From positions 2,480,001-2,544,000 of the forward strand of contig NW_027270904.1 of NCBI RefSeq assembly GCF_040938485.1: a stretch of 64,000 nucleotides of DNA, given 5' to 3'. The stretch is from Diadema antillarum (taxonomy: Eukaryota). The translations under genes were made by a program, and so were the position numbers. The notes below the pieces were generated by a model. It had not been told where the DNA came from, did no database searches, and saw only the letters and a list, made by a program, of their open reading frames with translations. Positions 52,301 to 63,282 of this stretch are shown in pieces (position 1 is the stretch's first letter; each line of letters starts with the position of its first letter).

Positions 52301-53573
52301 GTGACCAGCATGTGAGTCTAATCACTAGAGTGGTTTCAAAAGGTAACACTTTTCTTTTATGTTCGCCCACTGATGCCCCAATATTTGTAATTTTGTCTAA
52401 ACTAATTCGTTTGCCCCAAATTTTCCTCTTTCTTTCTTAAATTCTTCGATCTGAATGATGTGTTTTAAGGGCGAAATGGACCAGTTCAACATGTTAAAGA
52501 TTGTTAAATGAAAGAGAGAGGTAACTTCCCATAAATACACAAAATGTACTTCACAATGTATTTGATGTATTTGATGGAACAAGTGATATATTAGCTATAT
52601 AGATAACGGGCTTGGCTACTTCATCTGAAATCATAGTTATAAGCTAATCTTGCAATATACGGATTTTGATGATTGCCGTCAGGGATTTATATTAGGAGTG
52701 TATCATACCGTATGATTAAATGGAGGACTAAGTGGATGATTTGAAGACTAGTTGCCAACCTACCTAAACCTATCCATTGGCGGATCCAGAAATTCCTTAA
52801 AGACGGGAGCATTCAAAAACTATAGGGGGCTCACGCACCACACCCCGGAAAGTTTTTATTTATTTTTTCTTGTTTTGTTTCAAGCAAAAAACAAAAACAA
52901 AAAACAAAAACAAAACAAAACAAACAAACAAAACAAAACAAAAACGCCGGAGCGCCTGCTGCTTCCCCGCCTTGATCCGCCACAGTTACGATACGATAAT
53001 ACATTTCCGTCTTTGCCCAGCAGCTGTTGATAGCATTTATTTTGTATGATGTTCTTTCTTTTTATTATTGGTCGGCATAGGAAAAGGGATACCTGCAAAA
53101 CAGTTTCTAAGCTTAAATCTAATTGGCCGTTGTTATCATATAGTTGTCGTTATTCTCAACAAAGACTCCTCATCATGGAGTTAGAAGTACCTGATGTAAG
53201 CTATTCTTACAAGTTTGATTGTGTATATTGTCATGTGAGTACAAGGCATTGTTTTGTTTTATACCGTCACTTCGTTTGAAGAATGATGATATCGTCTGGT
53301 CGTCAAAGCCTTCTTGTGAACCAAGGCAGTAAAATGCTCCGAATCCCTCCACATCCCATTCTGCAGTGGATGGAAAATGTACACGTCTGATATCTCGAGT
53401 ATAGTCGCGAGCTGCAGGTGGCTCAGGTGAGGTGTCACTGGGGATTGGTGCTGTCCTGCCAAAGTCACGGGAGGCTGATGAGGATGGAGAGCTTCGAAAG
53501 CAGAGCATCTGAGAAGTTGCACTCTCAATGTTTGAAAATCCAACTGAAAGCACAGTGATGTGGACCCGCTCAC
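39454..53573 (-). CDS. Copy C: TIE-like Ig-Ig-EGFx5-Ig-FN3 cassette + short mucin exon ending in TAA
   Basis: Exons 53265-53573, 51253-51519, 47689-47823, 47215-47376 (162 nt), 46659-46811 (153 nt), 42682-42837, 41832-41963, 40996-41280, 40404-40712, 39454-39914. All are in frame and the only indels are whole codons. Confidence 0.8.
43088..45110 (+). mobile_element. 3' fragment of an RNase-H-bearing non-LTR retrotransposon (I/Nimb-like)
   Basis: WGAD....LLYRSLVRPHLDY; RNase H motifs IYTDGS...EL.AI...FSDSLS...WVPAH.G..GNE.AD; C-terminal CxxC..ETVEH.L..C knuckle; boundaries approximate. Confidence 0.85.
45840..45982. repeat. Minisatellite, about 6 copies of ATGAGCTCCCTCGTGGAGAC
   Basis: Visible tandem units of 22-28 bp. 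Confidence 0.85.
48136..51206. mobile_element. Foldback-type TIR element, 3,071 bp, non-coding
   Basis: TGTATCACCCCTAAATG...CATTTAGGGGTGATACA ends; flanks AATAT/GATAT versus the empty site GATAT in A and B; arms about 1.3 kb, loop about 430 bp. Confidence 0.9.
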
Positions 53574-54569
53574 CTGGATATGGACAAATTACATACATGA
53601 AGGAGGGTTTTAATCTCGGGGGGAAAAAAAATCGAAAAACTACCGCTTAAATATTCACCCATGTTACACAGCATTTAGACAATACATCATAAGACCGCCT
53701 CAACATTTCTACATTGCTAAAATTGTCATGTTAAATTCTGTCACTTCAAGACCTTCAAATCGTAAGAGCATGCCTACCGCTTCAGAGAGATTAAGATTTA
53801 TAATGATTACATGATTATTTCTTATTGAGAGCATTGAAACAGATGTAAAAAAAATGGTAACTCTAGGCAGAAACTTGTTCAGGTGATATGGCATCACTCA
53901 GCCCCTAATTCGGTAACATTAACAGTTCTTTATTCCAACTGTCCAAAGGTTCGTAATTCAAAAGTTCGTAAATGCGCACCTTCTTTTCATTTTATTTAGT
54001 CTAATGTTAATTTCATTAAAATCATCACCCGATTCTGTTTTTCTTAGTACCTGCATGTCTTGAAAATATGAAGGCATTGTAGAAACGTCTTCATTGATTT
54101 CGTACAGTAATTTTCTGATTTCACACCAATTAAGTTAGATTTACTTTTTGATATAAATATACAGAGTTAAAGCAGACAAACTGAAGAGCAAGAAGCTGAA
54201 TCATAATTTGGACATTGAATACAAAACTTATGTAATCCTGAAGTTGAGTGAATGTGTTTTCCATGATCAGTTACTGCTGCAACTTTAGCTGTGATGAGTT
54301 GATGTCATAAACTTTAAAAAAACCACACAAACAAACAAACAAACCAACAACTACACATGAACTCCATTGGTTGGGGCACCAAGTTATCACACTAATCATG
54401 TTTTGGTCAATTATTGAGGAACTAAAATCCTTTCAAGGTCATCATTACTCAATAATCACAGCACAACAAAAATACAATTCTTTCTAAAAATTGTTTTATA
54501 TCAAACACAACATAGCACTTTATCTAATCAACATAATCATGTGCTTCATATTCATATCATTGTTTAATA

Positions 54570-57500
54570 TAGGTTTTCCCGGCCAATTTCGCACTTTTTT
54601 CACTCCAATTCCTAATTGCTGCATTCAATTTAGCACAATCTAGCCTAGATGGCATGTTCGGTATTTCAATTTTAGAATCTTTTCATTCAAATTCATTTTG
54701 GAGCATTCAAATTACCTTTAACATCATTCGAATCAGCACTTTTTCAGGTCAAATTCGTAAGACAAGCACCATTTTGCAAATCGTTCATTCAATTTAGCAG
54801 GATATAGTCACGTGATCGCGTATAAGCTGTGCTCGTTCATTCGAATTCATTCTTGGGCATCCACTTTCGCATTTACTGCAGTCAATTTAGCAGACACGCT
54901 TATGCTTTTATTCCTTTTTTTTTCGTTTTCATTCATCATAGGTATTGTTTGCAAGCATCATAACATTTCATATTTTCGTATTCATTCTTTATTCTGAGAT
55001 CACCCTCGCAACAGTACTTTCAAAATATGTGTATGTGTTTATAATGTTCGATAGCATTATTTTATTCACAGATGCATTAATCTTAAGTTAGTTTTGACAT
55101 TAGTGGGGAGAAGGAGGTTTCAATTTACATCGTGATTATTTCTATCATCTGCATATTTCATTATTTTCATTTGGTGGGTGCTATATTGCGTCGATCATCA
55201 TAAAGTTCTTGGATCAGCTCTAGCCATCAATTTGTCAAGGTTATTACCCTCAAATTCAATTCAATTCAATTCAATTCACTTTATTGATAATCATAAAAAT
55301 GGAAATATATACAGAGTAAAATGTGTCGGGGAGTTCACAAAGAAAGCCAAAGGCTTGAGACAAGTGATCCCCATTACGAGAGTTGGATACATAAGAATAT
55401 ACATGCAAATGCAGATTCAGAGTTACATTCAGATTACTTAATGACAGTTACAGATAACATATAGACAAATAAGATGAAATAAAAGACATATGCTACTACA
55501 TTACACAAATAAAACAAACAGACAGAACAAGACTAACAAAGATGGACTGATACAATTCAATAGGCATTTAAAAGATATTGTTTATATCTAGACTTAAAAG
55601 CACTTTGAGTGGATACATTCTTAAAAATTGAATCCAAATCATTCCAAAACTTAGCAACTTTACATAAAATAGAATTTTTTTGCTTTATGCTCAAGCGACA
55701 AAATGGCAACACAATGTTATCCTTATTTCGAATTTCAATGTTATGTAATGCACAATTCAGTGTAAAAGAACCATAAAAAATGTCAGGTAAAATTGCATTC
55801 GAGTATTTATACATAAAAAGACCAAGTTTGACTAAGACACTGTCAGACAGAGTGAGAGTATTCCATTTTTTGAAAAGTGGAGCGGTGTGGTCAAGAGAGT
55901 TGGCGTTTGAACAAATTCGAATTGCTTTTTTCTGTAAAACAAATAAACGACACAAATTAGTTAAGCTGGTTCCAGACCATACGAGACTACAATAATCAAA
56001 ATGAGGCAAGATAAAGGCATTATACAACATAAAAAGAGTATGTTTCGGCAGTATTGAACAAGGCTTATGCATTATACCAATAGAGATACTTATCTTCCCA
56101 TGAATATTATTTATATGTTTAGTCCAAGTCAATTTATCATCAATAATAACTCCTAAATAATTAATACTTTCAACTTGATCAATAATTCGATTATCTATCT
56201 TAATTTCTGAATACGAAACCAATGAAACATCTTGCCGAAAACTTCTGATAGAGTGGAATATCATATATTTTGTCTTATCAACATTTATCTGTAGCTTATT
56301 AGCTCGGAGCCAGTCACAAACGTACATCATTTCAGTGTTGACAGTACTATACAGAGTATTTACATCTCTATGTGAAAACAATATATTTGTGTCATCTGCA
56401 TACAGAATGACTTGTAAAAACTTTGATGTATTTATTATATCATTAACGTATATCAAAAAAAGAAGAGGGCCCAAAATACTGCCTTGAGGGACCCCACACG
56501 TTAAAGGTAAAGTACTAGAGTTTGTGCCATTAATACATGTGAACTGCTTACGATCTGTCAGATAATCCCTGAACCAACTGAGGGGTACACCTCTAACACC
56601 ATAGTGTTCCAGTTTGTGCAGCAAAATGCTATGGTCGAGCGAATCAAAAGCTTTACTTAAATCAACGTACAGGGCAATCACGGTTTCTTTGTTGTCGAGT
56701 GAAGAAAGGATTTGTTCGAGGGTATGTAAAAGAGCTAATTCAGTTGAGTATAAAGGTCGAAATCCAAACTGTTCTTTGGCCAGTATTTTGTTCTGGAGCA
56801 AATGATCATACAATCTATTATAGATAATGCGTTCGAGGATTTTCGAAAATGCAGGTAAAAGAGAAATAGGACGGTAATTTTCTATTGCTTGTTTGTCGCC
56901 TTTCTTATAAATTGGAATTACTTTGGCGATCTTAAATGCATCTGGTACAACACCTGTGGTTAACGATAAATTGAATATAATAGAAAGAGGCTTGGCAATT
57001 GCAAAAACAGTTTTCTTAATAAATACAACACTTATATCATCATGTCCAGCAGACAAAGTATTTTTTAAACGTTGTACGACCTTGATGATTTCATTTTCAT
57101 CAGTAGGAAAAAAGAAAACTGATTTATTTACTTGATTGCCCAGATAATCTGAAAAATGGTTTGAGGATTTGTTGACATTTTTTGAAATACAAGAACCTAT
57201 TGATGCAAAATAAGAATTAAATATATTGGCAATCATTTTATCATCTTCTATTAATCTGTGACCCTTCAGAATACGTTGAGGCAATCTAGAAGCATTGCTT
57301 TGTCTGCCCAGAATTTCATTAATAACTTTCCAAGTTTTACAAATATCGTTTTTGTTTCGTTCCAGTAAACGTGTGTAATACTCTTGCTTCCGTAATCGAA
57401 TAAGTCTATTAAGTCTATTTCTAAATTGTTTGTACAAAAATTCATTTCTTTTGGAAGGGGAGGTGATATGTTTCCGATATAATCTCTGCTTTTTTGCAAT

Positions 57501-59912
57501 TGATGACATAATCCCTTTTGTCATCCATGGTTTTCTGGGAGTGTATTTCTTTCCCCTAAATGCCTCATTGTATTCTACCGTATGTTTTTCACGCATGGAC
57601 TCAAATTCATTCACAAAAGCTTCATATGCAATATTGGGGTCTTTACAGTTTTCGACACATGACCAGTTGTTAGAATACAATTCACGTAAGAGATCATCAG
57701 ACACAATTTTTTTCAAGGTCCGTTTACAATGTCTTTTCGGGCAGTGGGTATCTTGAGCACAATGTGACTTTGTAAGATGAAAGATCGGTAGATGGTCTGT
57801 TATATCTGAGAAAAGTACCCCAGGTATAATAGGTTTATCCATGACATTTGTAAATATATTATCAATGCAGGTGTAGGAAGATTGAGTTAAACGAGTTGGC
57901 TTAGTAATCAAAGGCCTAAAACAATTTTCATACATTATGCTCAAGAAATCACCAGTGGCGGAATGTGTAGAATATTTCAATATATCATAATTAAAATCAC
58001 CAACAATGTAACAAAATTTATTTTCTTTAGCTATGTTAGAGATACAATTTTCGAGCAAGTCGTTAAATGCACTAGAATCAGTGTCCGGGGCCTTGTAAAC
58101 AACTCCCACGATAATGTTTTTATCGCGTTTCTGTTTCACCTCTATGAATATGGTATCAACGAAATCATTTGAGAAAGACAAATCAGTTCTCTCATCATTA
58201 TGTCAATGCGCTGTCAACATATATGCAGACGCCACCACCTCTCCGGTTTTGTCGCGGTTTGTGAATTAAAGAATATCCAGGTATACTATACAAAGACGGA
58301 ACAAATGGTTTGAACCAGGTTTCAGTAAACGCGTAGATCGAAAACTTGTGATCTAACGTTGAAATGTAATCAGAAATACTTGAAAAATTAGCGGATAAAC
58401 TTCTGGAATTTAAATGCAATATGGAAAAATATTCATCAGTATTCACATTACAGAAATTCTTATTGAAATCGTCACTGAAATAATGATTACATGGGGTCTC
58501 CATATCATCACCTGAAACATGATAATCATTCATTTGCACTGCATCAAACACATAGGAGTTTAGATTTGGGGAAATAGAGTTTCTGTCGCGATGGAAACAT
58601 GAATACAAAGTGCTCTGAAATTCTTGATCGTCGATGTAATGATTGAAAGGAAGCTCACTCCATATACAAAAATCACATTTCCAATGGATAGAGTGCAAGT
58701 CCAGGTTAATGCCAGAACATTTTACATGACACTGCCTACCACATGAACATACTAGTTTGATTTGATTCCATCGTACACAGGAGAGACAGACACAACACTT
58801 CATTACAACATATACAACAATAAATGCTTACATAACACCGTGACCACAAGCGCGCCAGCGGAATTTGAGGCAGGCAGAATTGAAAAGAATAACAGAGAGA
58901 AAAGTTCAAGAGGAGTTCAAAAGTTCACTTGCCTGAATTCTCAACAGCCTCCTATGTTTACATCGAATAAATTAAAGTTAAATTAGGCCGGAGTAAGGAA
59001 ACATAGAAATGGTAATACGGGTCGCGTGAGTTACTTCAAAAACCGTTCGCAGTGTTCTTTCCAGTCGGAATGTGATGCTATCGTGAACAGTCTGTTGGTT
59101 GTTTTGACTTTGATTTTTCCGTCTTGGGTCCATACCTTGTGATCATGTTGGTTGTATTTCAGCTTCACCTTTCTCAGGAGACTCTGTCGTTCACTTATCA
59201 GATTCTCGTGAATGTAGATGCCAGTCGACCTCAGTTTGGATCTCGAGGCGTAGACTGACGACCTCGGTCCGTAGCCGCAGAACTTGACGATGATCGGGCG
59301 ATGAAGTGGCCGTCCTTTTCTGTCATTCCTTCCTCGCTCACCTATCCTATGCGATCGGTCGATGTCCTCCTGTCCAAATGCTTCTATGATTCTTTCCCTG
59401 TCTTCTTGAGAGATACGCCTGTATCTAACTCGTGCTGCCATGACTGGACATAAGAAAGTGAAGTGAATCTATGGTACTGGTGCATGTATAGTTCTGATAT
59501 CATGTATGAAAGAAGAGGGGTGTTACAGAACAACAAACTTGAGTTATTTAGAGTCAAAGATACCTTTACTTTATACTTAACAGTGTGTGGATGAAATAAA
59601 AATTCACATTTAAATACGTATAAATCACGGTTCTCACCTTTTCAAAATAGAAATAACATCACGCCAATTTGAATGAACATGTTTGGAATTGGACTGCCCA
59701 TACGCGAAATTGAATGACTGAAATACCATTTTCCGCCAGTGCTGGCGAATTTGAATGACTGAAGAGCACGTGCCAATTTGAATGCCCGTTTTTCGAATTC
59801 GAAAAGCACACGTGCGAATTTCATTGATCGAAATGCTAAATTGATTTTCGCTAAATTGAATGAACCTTATCAAATAGACTGACAAAAGTGCGAAATTGGC
59901 CGAGAAAACCTA
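54570..59912 (-). mobile_element. TA-flanked TIR DNA element (IS630/Tc1/mariner-like deletion derivative) hosting a LINE
   Basis: TIR TAGGTTTTCCCGGCCAATTTCGCACTTTT / AAAAGTGCGAAATTGGCCGAGAAAACCTA; TA duplicated relative to the empty site tttaatagaaat in A and B; subterminal AATTTGAATGA repeats. Confidence 0.75.
55256..59374 (-). mobile_element. CR1/L2-like LINE: ORF1 C-terminal part + ORF2 (PHD-APE-RT), one frameshift near 58190
   Basis: ORF1 RSHRIG...RPIIVKF...WTQDG; ORF2 Cys-rich PHD-like N-terminus, APE (HLNSRSL, FTETW, GGGV, GDFN, IDNIF) and RT (VPQGSILGP, YADDT); (TTGAA)n tail; ATTTG TSD. Confidence 0.92.
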
Positions 59913-61749
59913 TAGAAATACCCGAAATTTCTCAATTTAATAATGTTCTTATTGTACGTCTGACTTTAAAATGTAATACTTGTGTTAGTAGTTCGATGGG
60001 ATTTGCTCTATTTTTGAAAGGCTATCTATGGTGAGGCAGTGTACGTCTCCCCGCCACTTAAAAAGTCTGGATATAAGCCGCTATCCCTTTGCCCTTTGAA
60101 TGAAACGCACAATTTTCAGAGGGTTTCACGAGGTCTTTTTGCAGCTAGGCTGTCGTAATCCTGACGAGGAATAGTGGAAAACGAAAAACAGTCAGTGCGA
60201 GACCGTGTTCACCCAGGGAGGGTTCCCACCTCCCTGGTTCATCTGTTTCCCGTTGCATGTTGCGGCGGCGAGTTATAGTCTCATTACTCTGTCGTGATGC
60301 CTTGACAAATCATTTTTTGATTTTTTTTTTTATAGCGTTTGTCGGCTACCCTCCTTCCCCCACCCCCACCTATAAATTCTGGCAATGGTGTTTCATTGTT
60401 TGACACATTGTTTGACTGTCTATGCACGACAATCAAATAATGTTGAATAGGAAATAATACCACTCATAACTTCATCCCACCGTGCAACATTATTGACTCT
60501 TTTTCCACACGCAAGTCTGGTGTCATGTTAGAAGATCCTTCTATATCACTAATCCTATAGTGATAAGGCATGGCGGTCTCTTACACAAAAGTTTCAATAC
60601 AAATTCCCTGCTGTGTGAAAAACGGCTCGTCACCATGTTTATTTGCCTTATGCTCGGGTTATAGGGCTCACACCTGTAAATAAAATGGAATGTCCCAGAC
60701 CCCTTCACAAATTCGTACCAAAGATACCAAAATGAATTAAGGAAAAAGATTTATAAAAAATCAATAATGCAGTTTGGCAAAAACTGAATAGTTGCAGATA
60801 TTGATTATGAATTCCTCTACAAACTACATTTTGGTTGGAAGATGAAAGCTTTTCTCATGGATTTTGTAGGGACTATATTTCATTGGGTGCATGTACAGAA
60901 AGTAGGTGACTTTTTGAGTGAAAAGAACTCGTAGTCTGGCTTTGCGGACCCTTGGACAGAGTTTGAGCTGAAGAACCTGCCTTGGGAATTTGATGGATGA
61001 AAGGGTATATCTCACTTATTCAGGTTAGTAAAGATGAAACACCTCATTTCTCCCAGCTATTTTAGAGAATTTTTTGAATGTTGAATTTTAACACACGTCT
61101 CTATGGGGAATTATTTACCCGTGTGTGCCCTAATAGCGAGCTTTATTGCGACGCGAAGGCTAAGACGACGTAGCTTCCCGGGTTGGACAGCGGCAACAGC
61201 TGTCCCGTGCATATGCGGGAACCATTTTTGCCTAATCAGTGTCGGGTTAGCGTTCGCGTCGTAGAGCTTAAACAGTATTGATGGAGATGAGAAATGGGCT
61301 TTTAACTTTTTGCGAGATACCAAGAAAACACTTATGATATAGTACAGAGCATACCATTTTAAGAGGAATTCAAAGTTTATCTGATGAAAATCGGGTTTGG
61401 AATGACTGAAACATCCAAAAACAAAGTAAAACAAAGCGATCGTAATAAAGTGTGGGTCCCACACTTTATCGCTCTTTTTTGGATATCTCAGCCATTTCAA
61501 AACCAATTTTCATCAAATAAACATTGAATTCCTCATAGAATTACATGCTCTTTCATATTTCATAATAGGTTTCTCATTATCTCACAAAAAAAAAATGTTA
61601 GAAACCTGAAATTAGGCCTCAACCAAAACTATTTTAAGCTCGCTGTATATTAATGATAATGCCCGTGGGTTATAATGCGCTTTGGAGGAGCAGTGGCAAC
61701 AACGATCACAGGGTAGAGAAGTCCACATTAAATTTTGACATGCTCCTCC

Positions 61750-62250
61750 AAGACATTTTATCTATTTTATCTATGCTTTATAATTCGTTGATATTATCGA
61801 ACATCTCATATTGTAACATTGTTTGGGCAACTGCAAAAAGTCACACTGACAGTATATTGCTTCTACAAAAGAAAGCTATACGTATATGCACCAATTCAGG
61901 TTATCGGGACCATTCAGATCCTTTGTTCGTAGAATTAAAAACACCAAAGGTAAATGATATCAATTTTTTGCAAAATTCACTTCTTATGTTTCGTTTGTGT
62001 AACGGTCAGTTGCCATCTTCTTTTTTCTCATTATTTCATTTAAACAAGGATATACATTCTTATCCCACAAGGCAATCTGATAAATTTCATCTACAAAATC
62101 CTAAAACGGTGAAGGCTCTGAAATCTATCAGACACACTGGACCTGATATTTGGAACTCTCTTCCTTCAGAAATTCGAACTTTAAAGTCTATGTATTCTTT
62201 CAAGAAAGCTGTAAAGACAATGCTGCTCTCTGGATATCAGTGATCTTATA
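61750..62250 (+). mobile_element. CR1/L2-like LINE ORF2 C-terminal fragment
   Basis: LYNSLI...YCNIVW...LQKKAIRIC...WNSLP pattern. Confidence 0.85.
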
Positions 62251-63239
62251 ATGTCATTGCAATTGTATTGTATATGAAATTCCCTCGTGGAATTATCGTT
62301 GTTCTGAATTTATTGCGTAATGTTATGTAATCGACCATGACCTGTAACTGTTCACCTGTACCTCGGTGAGAAAATAACTTGCCATGCTTTACTATTCAGT
62401 GATCCAGGTGATCTAACTTTGTGTATAAGCGAAAGCAGACAGACCTCTCCTCTCTCCGTTCTCCTATTAGTCCATGGGCCAAGAGGCGAAAAATTGGTTA
62501 TTGGTACCATCTCAGGTGGCAATACCTTTTTGGTGTCATTTTGTTTGTTGGGCATAAATATGCTTATCAAGCTATGATAGCATTTCCAAATGAGTAGCTT
62601 AGTCCTAATAAATGAATTTTTAGCCAATTTGGTCTCGTTTTTATATCCCTATACTTCTGAATCGAGGCTAACCGCTATAGAAACAAGAGCACGGTCTTCT
62701 GTATGTCCATGGAGCTCATGGTATGTCCACAGGTGTTCTGTTGTAAACGCGGTGCGCTTAGTATTTATTCAAGGCGGCGAAGGGAATATCCAAAGGGTGA
62801 TGCTGTCCAGAGCTAAACGCGGTGCGTTTAGTCTTTATTCAAGACGGCGAAGGGAATATCCAAAGCCTATGATACAGTGTATATCCCTTTATCTAAAAAA
62901 CAAACAAAAAAGCAATTCCTCGTGGATTTTGCCGTATTTTTGATTATTCATCATTTTCCGGTGAAAACGCTGAGGTGAAAACACTAATGCCACGCCAATG
63001 TAGCTTTATTTCCATCAAACAATGAACCGGCACACTACAATACGTAATGATAAATACTATTGTAAATGAGCAGAGTGATTTTTGTTTAAAACTGATGTAT
63101 TTGTTGAGAGGGTAGTATAAAAACAGTATAGATAATTCCTTTTATTAGTAACTTTAGATATGATAACGGTACATTGTTTTGTTTTGCTGTTGTTGTTGTT
63201 TTGCAGTGTTTACCAGAGCTGATATTGTTGTTAATCAGA

Positions 63240-63282
<43 letters not shown>

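Noticed and set aside
16189-53573. Calling the locus TIE1/TEK
   Set aside because: Only ectodomain similarity is present. There is no TM or kinase domain, and the frame continues into mucin-NIDO, so no gene symbol was assigned.
29711-53573. Copies B and C as pure haplotype mis-assembly
   Set aside because: Not fully excluded without reads. However, three distinct Ig1 variants, copy-specific TE insertions and specific MITE-mucin junctions cannot be explained by two alleles of one copy.
53910-54380. About 460 bp present only in copy C upstream of Ig1
   Set aside because: No TIR, TSD or coding signal could be established, so it may be a deletion in A and B.
60155-60215. CTGACGAG...CGAAA resembling a hammerhead ribozyme core, next to a CCAGGGAGG/CCTCCCTGG hairpin
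   Set aside because: Helices I and III do not pair convincingly and stem II is one base pair. An Infernal search with hammerhead models would be needed to revive it.
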